Positions 28,623 to 39,800 are shown, counted from the stretch's first letter. The stretch is 64,000 bases of DNA from Nitrospirales bacterium (GCA_963422365.1 OY729426.1:1504001-1568000), one strand, 5' to 3'. Notes: generated by a model not told the origin, from the sequence alone. Numbers and translations are program-made.

Positions 28623-30815
28623 ATGTTGCTGTCTAATGTCGCAGAAATTGATGACCTGATTCGGCAAGTACAAAGTTGCCATCCCGATGCAGATGAAGCG
28701 TTGCTTCGTCGTGCCTATGCGTTTTCAGCGAAAGCGCATGAAGGGCAAACTCGTCGGTCTGGCGAACCATATCTGCAACATCCGCTGGCCGTCGCCGGCA
28801 TTTTGACCTTTCTCAAGCTCGACGTGACCGCCATTGTGGCGGGGCTTCTCCATGATACCTTGGAAGATACCGTCGCGACCCAAGAAGAGTTGCAAACGCA
28901 GTTTGGACATGAGGTGACGCATCTTGTTGAAGGGGTCACGAAAATTGGCCAAATTCCTTTCCGGACGTATGAAGAGAAACAAGCTGAAAATTTTCGGAAG
29001 ATGCTGTTATCGATGGCCGATGATATCCGAGTGGTGTTTATCAAATTAGCCGACCGTCTTCACAACATGAGAACGCTGGGACATTTGTCAGAGGGCAAGC
29101 AAAAGCAAATTGCCCAAGAAACCCTGGAAATTTATGCGCCCTTGGCCAACCGGTTGGGCATGAGCGAGATGAAACAAGAGCTTGAAGATTTATGTTTCCA
29201 GTCTCTCAAGACTGAAGCCTATTCCTTATTGAAGCTCCGAGTGGCGAAACGGGATGAAGAACGGCAAGTGTATGTCCAGTCGATTCTTCAGGAGACGGTC
29301 GATGCGTTGGCCGTGTCCGCGTTGCCTGGCCAAGTGGCAGGACGTCCCAAACATTTGTACTCCATTCATCAAAAAATGGAGCGTCAGGGTATTCTGTTTG
29401 AAGAAATTCATGACCTTGTGGCTGTTCGTATTATCACCGACACCAAGATCAATTGCTATACGATTCTCGGCCTCGTGCATTCTTTATGGCCGCCGGTGCA
29501 TGGGCGATTTAAGGATTACATCGCCACGCCTCGCACCAATCTCTACCAATCGCTTCATACGACGGTGCTGGGGCCTCAAGGCGATCATGTGGAATTTCAA
29601 ATACGAACGGAAGAAATGCACCGTCTCGCAGAATATGGGGTGGCGGCACATTGGCGCTACAAAGAACAGATCAAAGTCGACGAGCGTGACGAAAAGGTCT
29701 TTAGCTGGCTCCGGCAATTTGTGGAATGGCATCAAGACCTCTCTGATAATCGCCAGTTCATGGATTCCGTCAAGCTTGACCTCTTTCATTTGGATGTCTT
29801 TCACGATGTAGTCTTTGCCTTTACGCCGAAGGGAGAAGTGAAGGAATTGCCGCTGGGATCCACATTGGTCGACTTTGCCTATGCGATTCACACTCAGGTG
29901 GGAGATCATTGCGTCGGGGCGAAAGTGAATGGAAAAATTGCGCCCCTTCGGCAAGCGCTCGTCAGTGGCGATACCATAGAAATTCTGACCTCGCCAACCC
30001 AAGCGCCGAGGAAAGAGTGGTTAAAGTTTGTTCGGACATCCCGTGCGAAAGCAAAAATCAAACACTTTTTGAAAAGCGAAGAGCAAAAGCAAGGGTTGGA
30101 ATTGGGGCATCGATTGCTTGAACGTGAGTTTCGTCAGCATCATCTCCCGTCCACGCAGTTATTTAAATCGGACGGGCTGTCAAAAATTGCCAGCGAGAAA
30201 GGATATGAATCCGTCGATGATATGACCCGGATGGTGGGGTATGGGCGGCTGTCAGCCGTGCAACTGGTCAATTGGCTTGTGTCGCCTGGCGAGGATGTCG
30301 TGAAAGGTGACGAGGCCGTTCACGCGATGCCCAAGACGACACCGGCTCAGAACCCTGTCAAATCCGTACAGGTCATGGGGGAACGGGATGTCCTGATGCA
30401 GTTATCAAAATGTTGTAGCCCTGTGCCGGGCGATCCCATATTGGGCTACATCACACGCGGACGCGGGCTGACGATCCATTCGAAGGGATGTCCCAATCTT
30501 GAGACCTTGGACTATGAAAAAGATCGCTTAGTCGAGGTTGAATGGGATGCAACGATCGAAGGGAATCATTCAGTCAAGGTGTGCGTGTTAACCATTGATC
30601 GCCCTGGAGTGTTAGCCAACGTGTCCTCATCCATTTCTGCGTCGAAGGCCAACATCAGTCGAGCAGAAATTGCGACGAGAGAAGATCAAAAGGCCGTCCT
30701 TGACTTTGTGATTGAAATTTCCAATACCCTTCATCTTGAACGAACGCTCGAAGCCATAGGGCGTGTGGATGGCGTCATTTCAGCCAAACGCGTTCGCAGT
30801 TGGCAAAATTCATGA
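28623..30815 (+). CDS. rel: Bifunctional (p)ppGpp synthetase/hydrolase
   Basis: Intact HD motif (LLHDTLEDT), RFKD synthetase motif, YQSLHT, TGS, CC and ACT domains. Confidence 0.95.
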   Translation: MLLSNVAEIDDLIRQVQSCHPDADEALLRRAYAFSAKAHEGQTRRSGEPYLQHPLAVAGILTFLKLDVTAIVAGLLHDTLEDTVATQEELQTQFGHEVTHLVEGVTKIGQIPFRTYEEKQAENFRKMLLSMADDIRVVFIKLADRLHNMRTLGHLSEGKQKQIAQETLEIYAPLANRLGMSEMKQELEDLCFQSLKTEAYSLLKLRVAKRDEERQVYVQSILQETVDALAVSALPGQVAGRPKHLYSIHQKMERQGILFEEIHDLVAVRIITDTKINCYTILGLVHSLWPPVHGRFKDYIATPRTNLYQSLHTTVLGPQGDHVEFQIRTEEMHRLAEYGVAAHWRYKEQIKVDERDEKVFSWLRQFVEWHQDLSDNRQFMDSVKLDLFHLDVFHDVVFAFTPKGEVKELPLGSTLVDFAYAIHTQVGDHCVGAKVNGKIAPLRQALVSGDTIEILTSPTQAPRKEWLKFVRTSRAKAKIKHFLKSEEQKQGLELGHRLLEREFRQHHLPSTQLFKSDGLSKIASEKGYESVDDMTRMVGYGRLSAVQLVNWLVSPGEDVVKGDEAVHAMPKTTPAQNPVKSVQVMGERDVLMQLSKCCSPVPGDPILGYITRGRGLTIHSKGCPNLETLDYEKDRLVEVEWDATIEGNHSVKVCVLTIDRPGVLANVSSSISASKANISRAEIATREDQKAVLDFVIEISNTLHLERTLEAIGRVDGVISAKRVRSWQNS

Positions 30816-30820
30816 GCATC

Positions 30821-31312
30821 CTACTTCGGCAACTCAATGGTAAGTTGGGTGCCTGGGGTGAGCTTAAGCGTTGTGGCCTGTCCCGCGCGAAGTTCTAGAA
30901 CCCGGACCGCAGCGGTTTTCGGCCGATAGCGTGGGCAAAGATTGTCGGTTCTTGTGCAAATTGGGACGTGCCGTTCAATGTGAACGATGGTTCCGTCCCT
31001 GTCCAACCATAAAATATCCAAGGGCATTTTGGTGTTTTTCATCCAAAACGTCCAATGGCTGGGGTCTGGAAACTCGGGGAACGTAAAGAGCATGCCTCGA
31101 TCAGGAGCCATCCTCGTTCGGTACATCAACCCCTTGCTCCGTTTTGCCGGCGTATCGGCGATTTCACAATAAATCGTAAACCCATCGGGTGTTGACACCG
31201 TGGCCAAGCCTGATGGATGGTGGGTAGGAGGCGTTGGAGGTGCGGAGAATGCAAAGAGGCTCGTGCTTAGAACCAAGCCGGCAAGCAAATTGAGTAAATG
31301 AATCAAGGGCAA
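30821..31312 (-). CDS. DUF192 family exported protein
   Basis: EIADT...GLMYR...GMLF...FWMKNT..PLD...VLEL.AG; signal peptide. Confidence 0.88.
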   Translation of the reverse strand: MPLIHLLNLLAGLVLSTSLFAFSAPPTPPTHHPSGLATVSTPDGFTIYCEIADTPAKRSKGLMYRTRMAPDRGMLFTFPEFPDPSHWTFWMKNTKMPLDILWLDRDGTIVHIERHVPICTRTDNLCPRYRPKTAAVRVLELRAGQATTLKLTPGTQLTIELPK

Positions 31313-31533
31313 CCTTTTGTTGGAATGGAGGACAATGATTCCGGTTTTTCCATGAAGGCCATGCTAGAACCACTTGCACAACCTGTCAAACAGGGAGCCG
31401 GATAAAATCGCCTGCACCTTCGAGACCTCATAGAATCGCCAAGAGGCAAAAGCCGTTCAATAAGGAACGGTAATCTGGTTCTCTTTGCAATTCTCCGAAC
31501 ATTCCCCTGTGATTGTGCGTGTAATTTATTGTC

Positions 31534-31562
31534 TTGACTGGTCCTTAATCTGTATATATAAT
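31534..31562 (+). promoter_or_regulatory. sigma70 promoter of the tRNA-tuf operon
   Basis: TTGACT-N17-TATAAT. Confidence 0.8.
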
Positions 31563-31740
31563 ATTAAGTTTGGTGGGTCGCCCCTTAACGGTTTTCAAGG
31601 AAAAACGTGAGATGCCCTTTTTACCTGTTTTGGCAGGGAAATTGGGTTTTGCCTTTCTTGCCTCCCACCCTATCGTTCTACTCTTTCCCTTAATTTTATT
31701 GATGCAGGAGGGGGACTGCCAAACGATTGAGTTGCTAATA

Positions 31741-31825
31741 GGGCAGGTACCCAAGTGGACAAAGGGGGCAGACTGTAAATCTGCTGCCATCGGCTTCCAA
31801 GGTTCGAATCCTTGCCTGCCCACCA
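31741..31825 (+). tRNA. tRNA-Tyr(GTA)
   Basis: Cloverleaf, CTGTAAA anticodon loop, long variable arm, GTTCGAATC, CCA end. Confidence 0.96.
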
Positions 31826-31942
31826 TAGAAAATGTGTTGTTTCGATCGTAACGTGATAAATGAGAAATTTATTCAAGTCAATGGCCTTTTGAATCGTAAG
31901 AGTAAGTAAAGATATAGATCAGCAGTGCATTCGAAAACTGTG

Positions 31943-32017
31943 GCGGGCGTAGCTCAGTGGTAGAGTTCCAGCCTTCCAAGCTGGCTGTCGCGGGTTCAAG
32001 TCCCGTCGCCCGCTCCA
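31943..32017 (+). tRNA. tRNA-Gly(TCC)
   Basis: GCGGGCG acceptor stem, CTTCCAA loop, CCA end. Confidence 0.96.
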
Positions 32018-32106
32018 ACGGAAACTTGAAGCGTGAAGAGGCAAGTGTGAGGAGCGATGCAGGATGGGTTTTCAACGGTTTACTTCTCCCATTTCACGCA
32101 ATCGTG

Positions 32107-32182
32107 GCCCACGTAGCTCAGTTGGCAGAGCACGTCCTTGGTAAGGACGAGGTCACGCGTTCGATCCGCGTCGTGGGCTCCA
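32107..32182 (+). tRNA. tRNA-Thr(GGT)
   Basis: GCCCACG acceptor stem, TTGGTAA loop, CCA end. Confidence 0.96.
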
Positions 32183-32300
32183 TTATCTCAACGAAGTGCC
32201 ACTGAAATCTATTCTCTTGTGATGGCCTTTTTACTGTTTTGTCTTGCGTGGAAACTAAGCGGTTCCACATGGGGCGACGAAATTTTTTGGGAGGGGGCAG

Positions 32301-33506
32301 ATGGCGAAGGCGAAATTTAATCGGAAGAAGCCGCATGTCAACGTGGGGACGATCGGGCATGTGGATCATGGGAAGACGACGTTAACCTCGGCGCTGACGA
32401 AGGTGATGGGGCAGGAGGGGAAGGCGACGTTTGTCAGCTATGACGAGGTAGCGAAGGCGAGTGAGTCACAGGGGCGGCGGGATCCGACGAAGATTTTGAC
32501 GATTGCGATTTCGCATGTGGAGTATGAGACGGACCAGCGGCATTACGCGCATGTGGACTGTCCGGGGCATGCGGATTACGTGAAGAACATGATTACGGGG
32601 GCGGCGCAGATGGACGGGGCGATTCTGGTGGTCTCGGCGGCGGATGGGCCAATGCCGCAGACGCGGGAGCATATTCTGTTAGCGCGGCAGGTAGGGGTGC
32701 CCTACATGGTGGTGTTTTTGAACAAAGCGGACAAAGTCGAGGATCCGGAATTGTTGGAGTTAGTGGAATTAGAGGTTCGGGAGTTGTTAGCGAAGTACCA
32801 ATTTCCGGGGGACGAGATTCCGATTATTGTGGGATCGGCGACGAAGGCGCTGGAGGGGGATGGCAGTGCCGTGGGGGTGCCGTCGATCAAGAAGTTGCTG
32901 GAGGAGGTGGATGCCTACGTTCCGACGCCGGCGCGGGCGATTGACAAACCGTTTTTGATGCCGATTGAGGATGTGTTCACGATCAGTGGGCGGGGGACGG
33001 TGGTGACAGGGCGCGTGGAACGGGGGCAAGTGAAAGTGGGCGATGAGATCGAGATTGTGGGGTTAGGGGAGACGCGGAGCACGGTGGTGACGGGCGTAGA
33101 GATGTTCCGGAAGGTGTTGGATGAAGGGCAGGCGGGGGATAATATTGGGGCGTTGTTGCGCGGGACGAAGAAGGATGACGTAGAGCGGGGGATGGTGTTG
33201 GCGAAACCGAAGAGCATGACGCCGCATACGCGGTTCAAGGCGGAAGTGTATGTATTGACGAAGGAAGAAGGAGGGCGGCATACGCCGTTTTTCAATGGGT
33301 ATCGGCCACAGTTTTATTTTCGGACGACGGATGTGACCGGGGTGGTGCAGTTGGTGGAAGGCGTGGAGATGGTGATGCCGGGGGACAATACGACGTTTAC
33401 GGGGGAATTGATTGCGCCGATTGCGATGGAGCAAGGGGTCCGGTTTGCCGTACGAGAAGGAGGGCGAACGGTGGGAGCCGGCGTCGTCACCGACATTCTC
33501 GCCTGA
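32301..33506 (+). CDS. tuf: Elongation factor Tu (copy 1)
   Basis: [28 protein letters not shown]. Confidence 0.98.
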   Translation: MAKAKFNRKKPHVNVGTIGHVDHGKTTLTSALTKVMGQEGKATFVSYDEVAKASESQGRRDPTKILTIAISHVEYETDQRHYAHVDCPGHADYVKNMITGAAQMDGAILVVSAADGPMPQTREHILLARQVGVPYMVVFLNKADKVEDPELLELVELEVRELLAKYQFPGDEIPIIVGSATKALEGDGSAVGVPSIKKLLEEVDAYVPTPARAIDKPFLMPIEDVFTISGRGTVVTGRVERGQVKVGDEIEIVGLGETRSTVVTGVEMFRKVLDEGQAGDNIGALLRGTKKDDVERGMVLAKPKSMTPHTRFKAEVYVLTKEEGGRHTPFFNGYRPQFYFRTTDVTGVVQLVEGVEMVMPGDNTTFTGELIAPIAMEQGVRFAVREGGRTVGAGVVTDILA

Positions 33507-33547
33507 GGAAGGTCGATACTTGAGGTCGGCACGAGAGGGGAGGTGTT

Positions 33548-33697
33548 ATGCGGGTCATTATTTCTTTAGCCTGTGGGGAATGTAAGAGGCGTAATTATTC
33601 GACGATGAAGAACAAAAAAAATGATCCTACTCGCTTGGAAGTGAAAAAATATTGCCGGTTCTGCCGAAAACATGTCCCCCATAAGGAAGTAAAATGA
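33548..33697 (+). CDS. rpmG: 50S ribosomal protein L33 (Zn-binding form)
   Basis: Hand translation [49 protein letters not shown]. Confidence 0.95.
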   Translation: MRVIISLACGECKRRNYSTMKNKKNDPTRLEVKKYCRFCRKHVPHKEVK

Positions 33698-33725
33698 TTG
33701 GGTTCCCCATTGATGAGAGTCATGA

Positions 33726-33801
33726 AGGGGCATGGTGTCAATGGCTAGCATGTCGGTCTCCAAAACCGAAGGTCCGGGTTCGAGTCCTGGTGCCCCTGCC
33801 A
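33726..33801 (+). tRNA. tRNA-Trp(CCA)
   Basis: AGGGGCA stem, CTCCAAA loop, canonical position before secE. Confidence 0.95.
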
Positions 33802-33846
33802 CCATACGATTGCGTGTTCGAGTAAGGAAGGCGAGATGAAAGCGGC

Positions 33847-34038
33847 ATGAAGATACTCTGGTCGAAAATTACGGAATTTCTCACCGAGGTAAAAGGGGAG
33901 TTGAAGAAGGTTTCGTATCCGACGCGTGATGAAACCATCGGTTCCACCTCGGTGGTGGTCGTGTTTTGTTTTATTATGTCTTTGTACCTCTCGATGGCTG
34001 ATTCCGTTTTAGTGTGGCTGGTCAGTCAAATCCTTTGA
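33847..34038 (+). CDS. secE: Preprotein translocase SecE
   Basis: ELKKVSYP plus single TM; synteny. Confidence 0.93.
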   Translation: MKILWSKITEFLTEVKGELKKVSYPTRDETIGSTSVVVVFCFIMSLYLSMADSVLVWLVSQIL

Positions 34039-34057
34039 AAATTTAAGGTCAGGCTCT

Positions 34058-34597
34058 ATGTCAAAAAATTGGTACGTGATTCACACCTATGCGGGCTATG
34101 AAGGTCGAGTGCGGACTTCCTTGGTTGAGCGAGTAACTCAAATGGGGCTTGAGGAAGAGTTCGGGCAGGTCCTGGTCCCCACTGAGGATGTGATCGAAAT
34201 CAAGGATGGAAAACGTCGCGCGTCCAAGCGAAAGTTTTTCCCCGGGTATGTGCTGGTCGAGTTGCAGTGCCCCGTCAAAGACGCAACGGTGATGATGATA
34301 AAAGAGACTCCCAAGGTCACGGGGTTTGTGGGCGGGGGAGAGGCGAAGCCCATGCCCCTGCCGAGAGAGGAAGCGGATTCTCTTCTGAAGCAAATCGAGT
34401 CTGGTGTTTCTCTTCCTCGAGAGCGAGTCTTTTTTTCCAAAGGCGATAATGTGCGGATCGTTGATGGGCCGTTCATGGGCTTTAACGGCTTAATCGACGA
34501 GGTAGATGACGAGCATAGTCGAGCCAAGGTGTTGGTCAGCATTTTGGGTCGTTCGACTCCGGTCGAATTGGTGTTTACGCAGATAGAGGGGGGATAA
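34058..34597 (+). CDS. nusG: Transcription factor NusG
   Basis: WYVIHT..G.E, FPGYVL, KOW GPF, GRSTPVEL. Confidence 0.96.
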   Translation: MSKNWYVIHTYAGYEGRVRTSLVERVTQMGLEEEFGQVLVPTEDVIEIKDGKRRASKRKFFPGYVLVELQCPVKDATVMMIKETPKVTGFVGGGEAKPMPLPREEADSLLKQIESGVSLPRERVFFSKGDNVRIVDGPFMGFNGLIDEVDDEHSRAKVLVSILGRSTPVELVFTQIEGG

Positions 34598-34694
34598 GGT
34601 TGTCGGGAATGCCGTGAATGGTTGTATCCGTGTCGGCAACAGGTGACGTTGTTCGTGAGTCAACGAACTGGCAGAAAAAAAAGAGGATAGAGCG

Positions 34695-35120
34695 ATGGCA
34701 AAAGAGATCATAACGCAAATCAAATTGCAGATTTCCGCGGGGAAGGCCAATCCTGCTCCACCCGTTGGCCCTTCCTTGGGTCAACATGGTCTCAACATTA
34801 TGGATTTCTGCAAGCAATTTAACGCGAAGACCCAAAAGCAGGAAGGAAGCATCATCCCTGTTGTCATTACCGTCTATCGAGACCGGAGTTTTACCTTTAT
34901 TACGAAAACCCCTCCGGCTGCCGACCTCTTGAAGAAAGCGGTGGGGATTATCAAGGGATCCGGGGTTCCGCAGAAGGATAAAGTTGGCGCGATCTCCCGT
35001 GCACAATTACAGGAAATCTCCAAGCAAAAAATGGAAGATTTGAATGCAGTGAATATTGAAGGAGCGATGAAGATTATCGAAGGCACCGCAAGGAGTATGG
35101 GGGTCACGTTGACTGACTAA
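34695..35120 (+). CDS. rplK: 50S ribosomal protein L11
   Basis: [16 protein letters not shown]. Confidence 0.97.
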   Translation: MAKEIITQIKLQISAGKANPAPPVGPSLGQHGLNIMDFCKQFNAKTQKQEGSIIPVVITVYRDRSFTFITKTPPAADLLKKAVGIIKGSGVPQKDKVGAISRAQLQEISKQKMEDLNAVNIEGAMKIIEGTARSMGVTLTD

Positions 35121-35154
35121 CGTGTTCGTTGGTTTTCAAAGGGGAGTGTGAGTC

Positions 35155-35847
35155 GTGGGAAAGCAATTACAGGGCGCGGCAGCAAAAGTTGAGTCTAAAC
35201 TGTACGGTCTCCAGGAGGCGAGTGAATTCGTGAAGCAGGCGGCCTATGCCAAATTTGACGAGACCGTGGAATTAGCCATTCGGTTAGGCGTTGATCCGAA
35301 ACGCGCAGACCAAATGGTGCGTGGCACGACGGTTTTACCTCATGGCACGGGGAAAAAGGTCAGGATTTTGGTGTTTGCCAAAGGGGAAAAAGAGCAAGAA
35401 GCCAGGCAGGCTGGTGCCGATTTTGTGGGTGTTGATGATTTGTTGGAAAAAATTAAAGGGGGATGGTTGGATTTTGATCAAGCCATTTCCACTCCTGACC
35501 TGATGGCTTCTGTCGGAAAATTGGGAAAAGTGTTGGGGCCACGTGGTCTGATGCCCAACCCCAAGACAGGAACCGTGACATTTGAAGTGGGGAAGGCGAT
35601 CGAGGAAATCCGGAAAGGTCGGGTCGAGTACAAAGTGGATAAGGCCGGGAGCGTCCATGTGCCGATCGGCAAAGTTTCGTTTGCCGTATCGCAAATCACC
35701 GAAAATGCGCAGGCGGTTTTTACGTCGGTGGTGAAGGCAAAGCCCTCCTCAAGTAAGGGGAAGTATCTTAAGGGTGCGACCATGTCGAGCACCATGGGGC
35801 CGGGTGTTCCCTTGGAATGTACGACCCTGGCTCGCCAATTTGATTAG
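35155..35847 (+). CDS. rplA: 50S ribosomal protein L1
   Basis: [27 protein letters not shown]. Confidence 0.97.
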   Translation: MGKQLQGAAAKVESKLYGLQEASEFVKQAAYAKFDETVELAIRLGVDPKRADQMVRGTTVLPHGTGKKVRILVFAKGEKEQEARQAGADFVGVDDLLEKIKGGWLDFDQAISTPDLMASVGKLGKVLGPRGLMPNPKTGTVTFEVGKAIEEIRKGRVEYKVDKAGSVHVPIGKVSFAVSQITENAQAVFTSVVKAKPSSSKGKYLKGATMSSTMGPGVPLECTTLARQFD

Positions 35848-35871
35848 TCGCGGTGTAAAAAGGAGCCGGGC

Positions 35872-36804
35872 ATGAAAAAGGAACAGAAGGCAGGGGTGGT
35901 TTCCGATTTGCACGAGAAGTTTGTTAAGGCCAGGTTGGCCGTGGTGACGGAATGTGGAGGGATGCCGGTTAATCAAGTGACTCAGTTGCGACGTCAACTT
36001 CGTGGATCTCAGGCAGAGTTGAAAGTGGTGAAGAATTCCTTGGCTGCGAGGGCTGCGGTGGGGACCTCGTTATTGCCCGTCGTGTCGTTGCTGAAGGGGC
36101 AAGTCGCGGTGGTCATCGGCTACGATGATCCGATTTTGCCTGCCAAAATTCTTCGGGATTTTATTAAGCGAGAAAAATGCGATGGGAAAATTCTTTGGCG
36201 GGGTGGTGTCATAGAAGGAAAAGCTCTTGAGCCTGCACAACTGCTCGTGACAGCGGATTTGCCTTCCAAAGAGGTTTTGCTATCAACGCTGGTGTCTGCT
36301 ATGCAAGGGCCTCTTCGAGGAATGGTGGGAGTGCTTCAAGGGATTTTACGAGGATTTGCTGCCGTGCTGGTTGCGATTCAAGACAAAAAGAAAGGAGAAG
36401 GAGAAATGGCTGCAACGGAGGCAAAGCTTTCCAAAGATGACATTCTGGGGGCCGTTGAAAGCATGACGGTTTTAGAGTTGTCTGAACTGGTCAAGGGATT
36501 TGAAGAAAAATTCGGCGTGACGGCAGCGGCGCCGGTCGTGGTAGCTGCACCGGCTGCAGGGGATGGTGCGGCTCAGGCTGCCGAAGAAAAAGACTCCTTT
36601 GATGTGGTGTTAGCCAGTGCCCCGGCTGACAAGAAAATTCAAGTCATTAAAGTGGTGCGCGAGATCACCGGGCTTGGGTTGAAAGAAGCCAAAGATTTAG
36701 TGGAAGGGGCACCCAAACCGGTCAAAGAAGGTGCGGCAAAAGATGAGGCGGAAACGCTTAAGAAGAAACTCACGGATGTAGGGGCTACAGTCGAAGTCAA
36801 GTAG
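35872..36804 (+). CDS. rplJ: 50S ribosomal protein L10 fused in frame to L7/L12
   Basis: L10 (LRRQLR..VVKN, LPSKE helix) continues without a stop codon into complete L12. Confidence 0.85.
   Translation: MKKEQKAGVVSDLHEKFVKARLAVVTECGGMPVNQVTQLRRQLRGSQAELKVVKNSLAARAAVGTSLLPVVSLLKGQVAVVIGYDDPILPAKILRDFIKREKCDGKILWRGGVIEGKALEPAQLLVTADLPSKEVLLSTLVSAMQGPLRGMVGVLQGILRGFAAVLVAIQDKKKGEGEMAATEAKLSKDDILGAVESMTVLELSELVKGFEEKFGVTAAAPVVVAAPAAGDGAAQAAEEKDSFDVVLASAPADKKIQVIKVVREITGLGLKEAKDLVEGAPKPVKEGAAKDEAETLKKKLTDVGATVEVK
36406..36804 (+). CDS. rplL: 50S ribosomal protein L7/L12 (internal in-frame start)
   Basis: AAGGAGAAGGAGAAATG RBS and start; [37 protein letters not shown]. Confidence 0.9.
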   Translation: MAATEAKLSKDDILGAVESMTVLELSELVKGFEEKFGVTAAAPVVVAAPAAGDGAAQAAEEKDSFDVVLASAPADKKIQVIKVVREITGLGLKEAKDLVEGAPKPVKEGAAKDEAETLKKKLTDVGATVEVK

Positions 36805-36887
36805 TGGGCGAGGTTTGATGCGGGAGCATTTCCCCTGGTTGCTCAGGACAGGTTGTATTACAAGCATAGATGCAGAAGGAGCCGAAT

Positions 36888-39800
36888 ATGCCTCAACCTC
36901 CATTGCCGGGAATCATCAAGCGCACTGATTTTTCGAAAATTCAGTCGACGATTGACATTCCTGACCTCGTCGAAGTTCAAAAACGCTCATACGAGGGGTT
37001 TTTGCAAAAAGATACCGACCCTGAGCGTCGTGCGGAAAAGGGGCTTCAAGCCGCGCTCATGAGTGTCTTTCCCATTGCAGATTTTAATAGTTCAGCCATT
37101 CTGGAATTTTCCAGTTATTCGCTGGGAACGCCCAAGTACGATATGCGAGAATGTTTGGAGCAGGGCATGACCCTTGCCGCCCCGTTAAAGCTACGAATCC
37201 GGCTGGTGGTATTTGATCCGCAGGAAAAGGGGGTAAAGAACAGCAAGGTGCTTGATGTCCGAGAGCAGGAAGTGTACGTGGGCGAGCTTCCTCTGATGAC
37301 GGATCGGGGAACGTTTATTATTAACGGCACGGAGCGGGTGGTGGTGAGTCAGTTGCACCGTTCTCCCGGTGCATCGTTTAGTCATGATAAAGGGCGTACC
37401 CATTCCAGTGGCAAAGTCTTGTTTTCCGCGCGCATCATTCCGTATCGAGGGTCCTGGTTGGATTTCGAGTTTGACGCGCGGGATATTTTGTACGTCCGCA
37501 TCGATCGCCGACGCAAAATGCCCGCCACGATCTTGTTGAAGGCGTTTGGCTCGTCAACGGATGACGTGCTGAAGATGTATTATCCCATTGAGGACATTCG
37601 GGTTTCAGATGGGAAACTGATGCGGAAGGTGGATCCTGAACTTCACGTGGGATTGCGTTCGTCAGTCGAAGTCTTCGAGGGGGACGGTAAGGACCTCATT
37701 GTGCGAGAAGGGACGAGGCTCACCAAGTCGTTAATGGCAAAAGTTCTGGCGGCCGGTGTGAAAGAGATCCAGGTGAAGCCGGAAGAATTGGTTGGGCGAG
37801 CGGTGTTGACGGAAATTCTGGATGTGGAAAAGGGAGAGGTGCTGGTTGAAAAAAATCAACGGTTGACTTTGCCCATGATTGAACGGCTTCTTGCATTGAA
37901 GCCTTTTAGTTTCAAGGTGATTTATTTGGATAGTGCGGCGGCTACACCGATCATTTTAGATACCTTGGATGCTGAACGGACGAATTCTCAAAAGGAAGCC
38001 TGGGTGGAAATCTACAAACGACTTCGACCGGGAGAAATGCCTTCCGTAGATTCGGCCAAGCTCTTGTTTGAAAACTTGTTTGTCAACCCTAAGCGGTATG
38101 ATCTGTCTCCAGTCGGACGGCTGAAGATGAATAACCGTTTTTCGTTGGACCTTCCTCTCCTCCAGCGGGTGCTCACCTCGCAAGATGTGGTGGAAGTGAT
38201 CCGCTGTCTCGTCGAATTAAAAATGGGTAAAGGCGATGTGGATGACATTGATCATTTGGGGAATCGTCGGGTTCGGACCGTCGGAGAATTGCTCGAGAAT
38301 CAGATTCGGTTGGGATTAGCCCGAATGGAGCGTAGCATTAAAGAACGGATGAATCTACTCGACATGGAGACAGTGCTGCCGCACGACTTGATTAATGCCA
38401 AACCCATTGTGGCCGCCATTAAAGAATTTTTTGCCGGCAGTCAGTTGTCGCAGTTTATGGATCAAACGAACCCTTTAGCTGAAATTACCCATAAGCGAAG
38501 ACTGTCTGCCTTGGGGCCTGGCGGGCTTACTCGTGAGCGCGCGGGGTTTGAAGTGCGCGACGTCCATCCGTCCCACTATAGTCGTATTTGCCCTATCGAA
38601 ACCCCTGAAGGGCCGAATATCGGGCTCATCACCTCGTTGGCGACCTATGCGCGAATTAACGAATTCGGGTTCATTGAAGCCCCATTTCGAAAAGTCCAAA
38701 AGGGACGTGTCTTGCGGGATGTCGAATTTCTTTCTCCCTTGGAAGGAGAACGCTACGTCATTGCCCAAGCCAATTCCCAAGTGGATTCAGCCGGTCGCTT
38801 GTTGTCCGATTCGGTGACGGCAAGGTCTGAGGGAGAGTTTATTTCCACGACGCCGGATCGAGTTGATTATGTGGACGTGTCCCCGAAGCAAGTGGTCAGT
38901 GTCGCAACCGCGTTGATACCCTTTCTCGAGCATGACGACGCAAACCGTGCGTTAATGGGGTCGAATATGCAGCGTCAGGCTGTGCCACTCGTGCAGAGTG
39001 AGTCGCCGCTGGTCGGAACCGGCATGGAAGCCGTGGTGGCTCGCGATTCCGGGTACGTTGAACAAGCCAGACGAGATGGGGTCGTGGAAAGCGTGGATGC
39101 CAGACGTATTGTGGTGCGAACTGAGCTTGGCAAGCTGGACGAGGGAAAAAAGAAGGCCGGACGCTTTTGGGATACGTATGACTTAGTGAAATTTCAACGA
39201 ACCAATCAAAATACGTGCGTGACCCAAACCCCGATCGTGAAAGTTGGGCAGCCGGTGAAAAAAGGGCAAGTGTTGGCGGATGGGCCAGCCATCGATCGTG
39301 GAGAGTTGGCTTTAGGAAAAAACATCTTGGTCGGATTCATGCCCTGGGGCGGATACAACTTCGAAGACGCGATTTTGCTGAGCGAGCGACTGGTTCGCGA
39401 AGATACCTTTACGTCTATCCACATTGAAGAGTTTGAGGTTGAAGCCCGTGATACCAAATTAGGGAAGGAAGAGATTACCCGCGATATTCCCAACCTGGGC
39501 GAAGAGGCCCTAAGAAACCTTGATGAAAGCGGGATCGTTCGAATCGGGGCTGAGGTCAAGGCTGGAGACATCCTGGTTGGAAAAGTGACCCCCAAGGGTG
39601 AAACGCAATTGACCCCGGAAGAAAAGTTGCTTCGAGCGATCTTTGGAGAAAAAGCCGGTGATGTCAAAGATACGTCCCTTCAAGTTCCTCCGGGAATTGA
39701 GGGGATTGTGGTGGATGTCAAGATTTTCTCCAGAAAAGGGATTGATAAGGACGAGCGTTCGAAGAATATTGAATCCCAAGATCGCGTGAAAATTGAACGG

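Noticed and set aside
31545..32369. Short ORFs across the tRNA cluster
   Set aside because: They overlap clear tRNA genes
32466..33532. Long antisense ORFs over tuf (also 48547-49577) and over other core genes
   Set aside because: Shadow ORFs caused by codon bias; His/Arg/Pro-rich with no recognisable motifs
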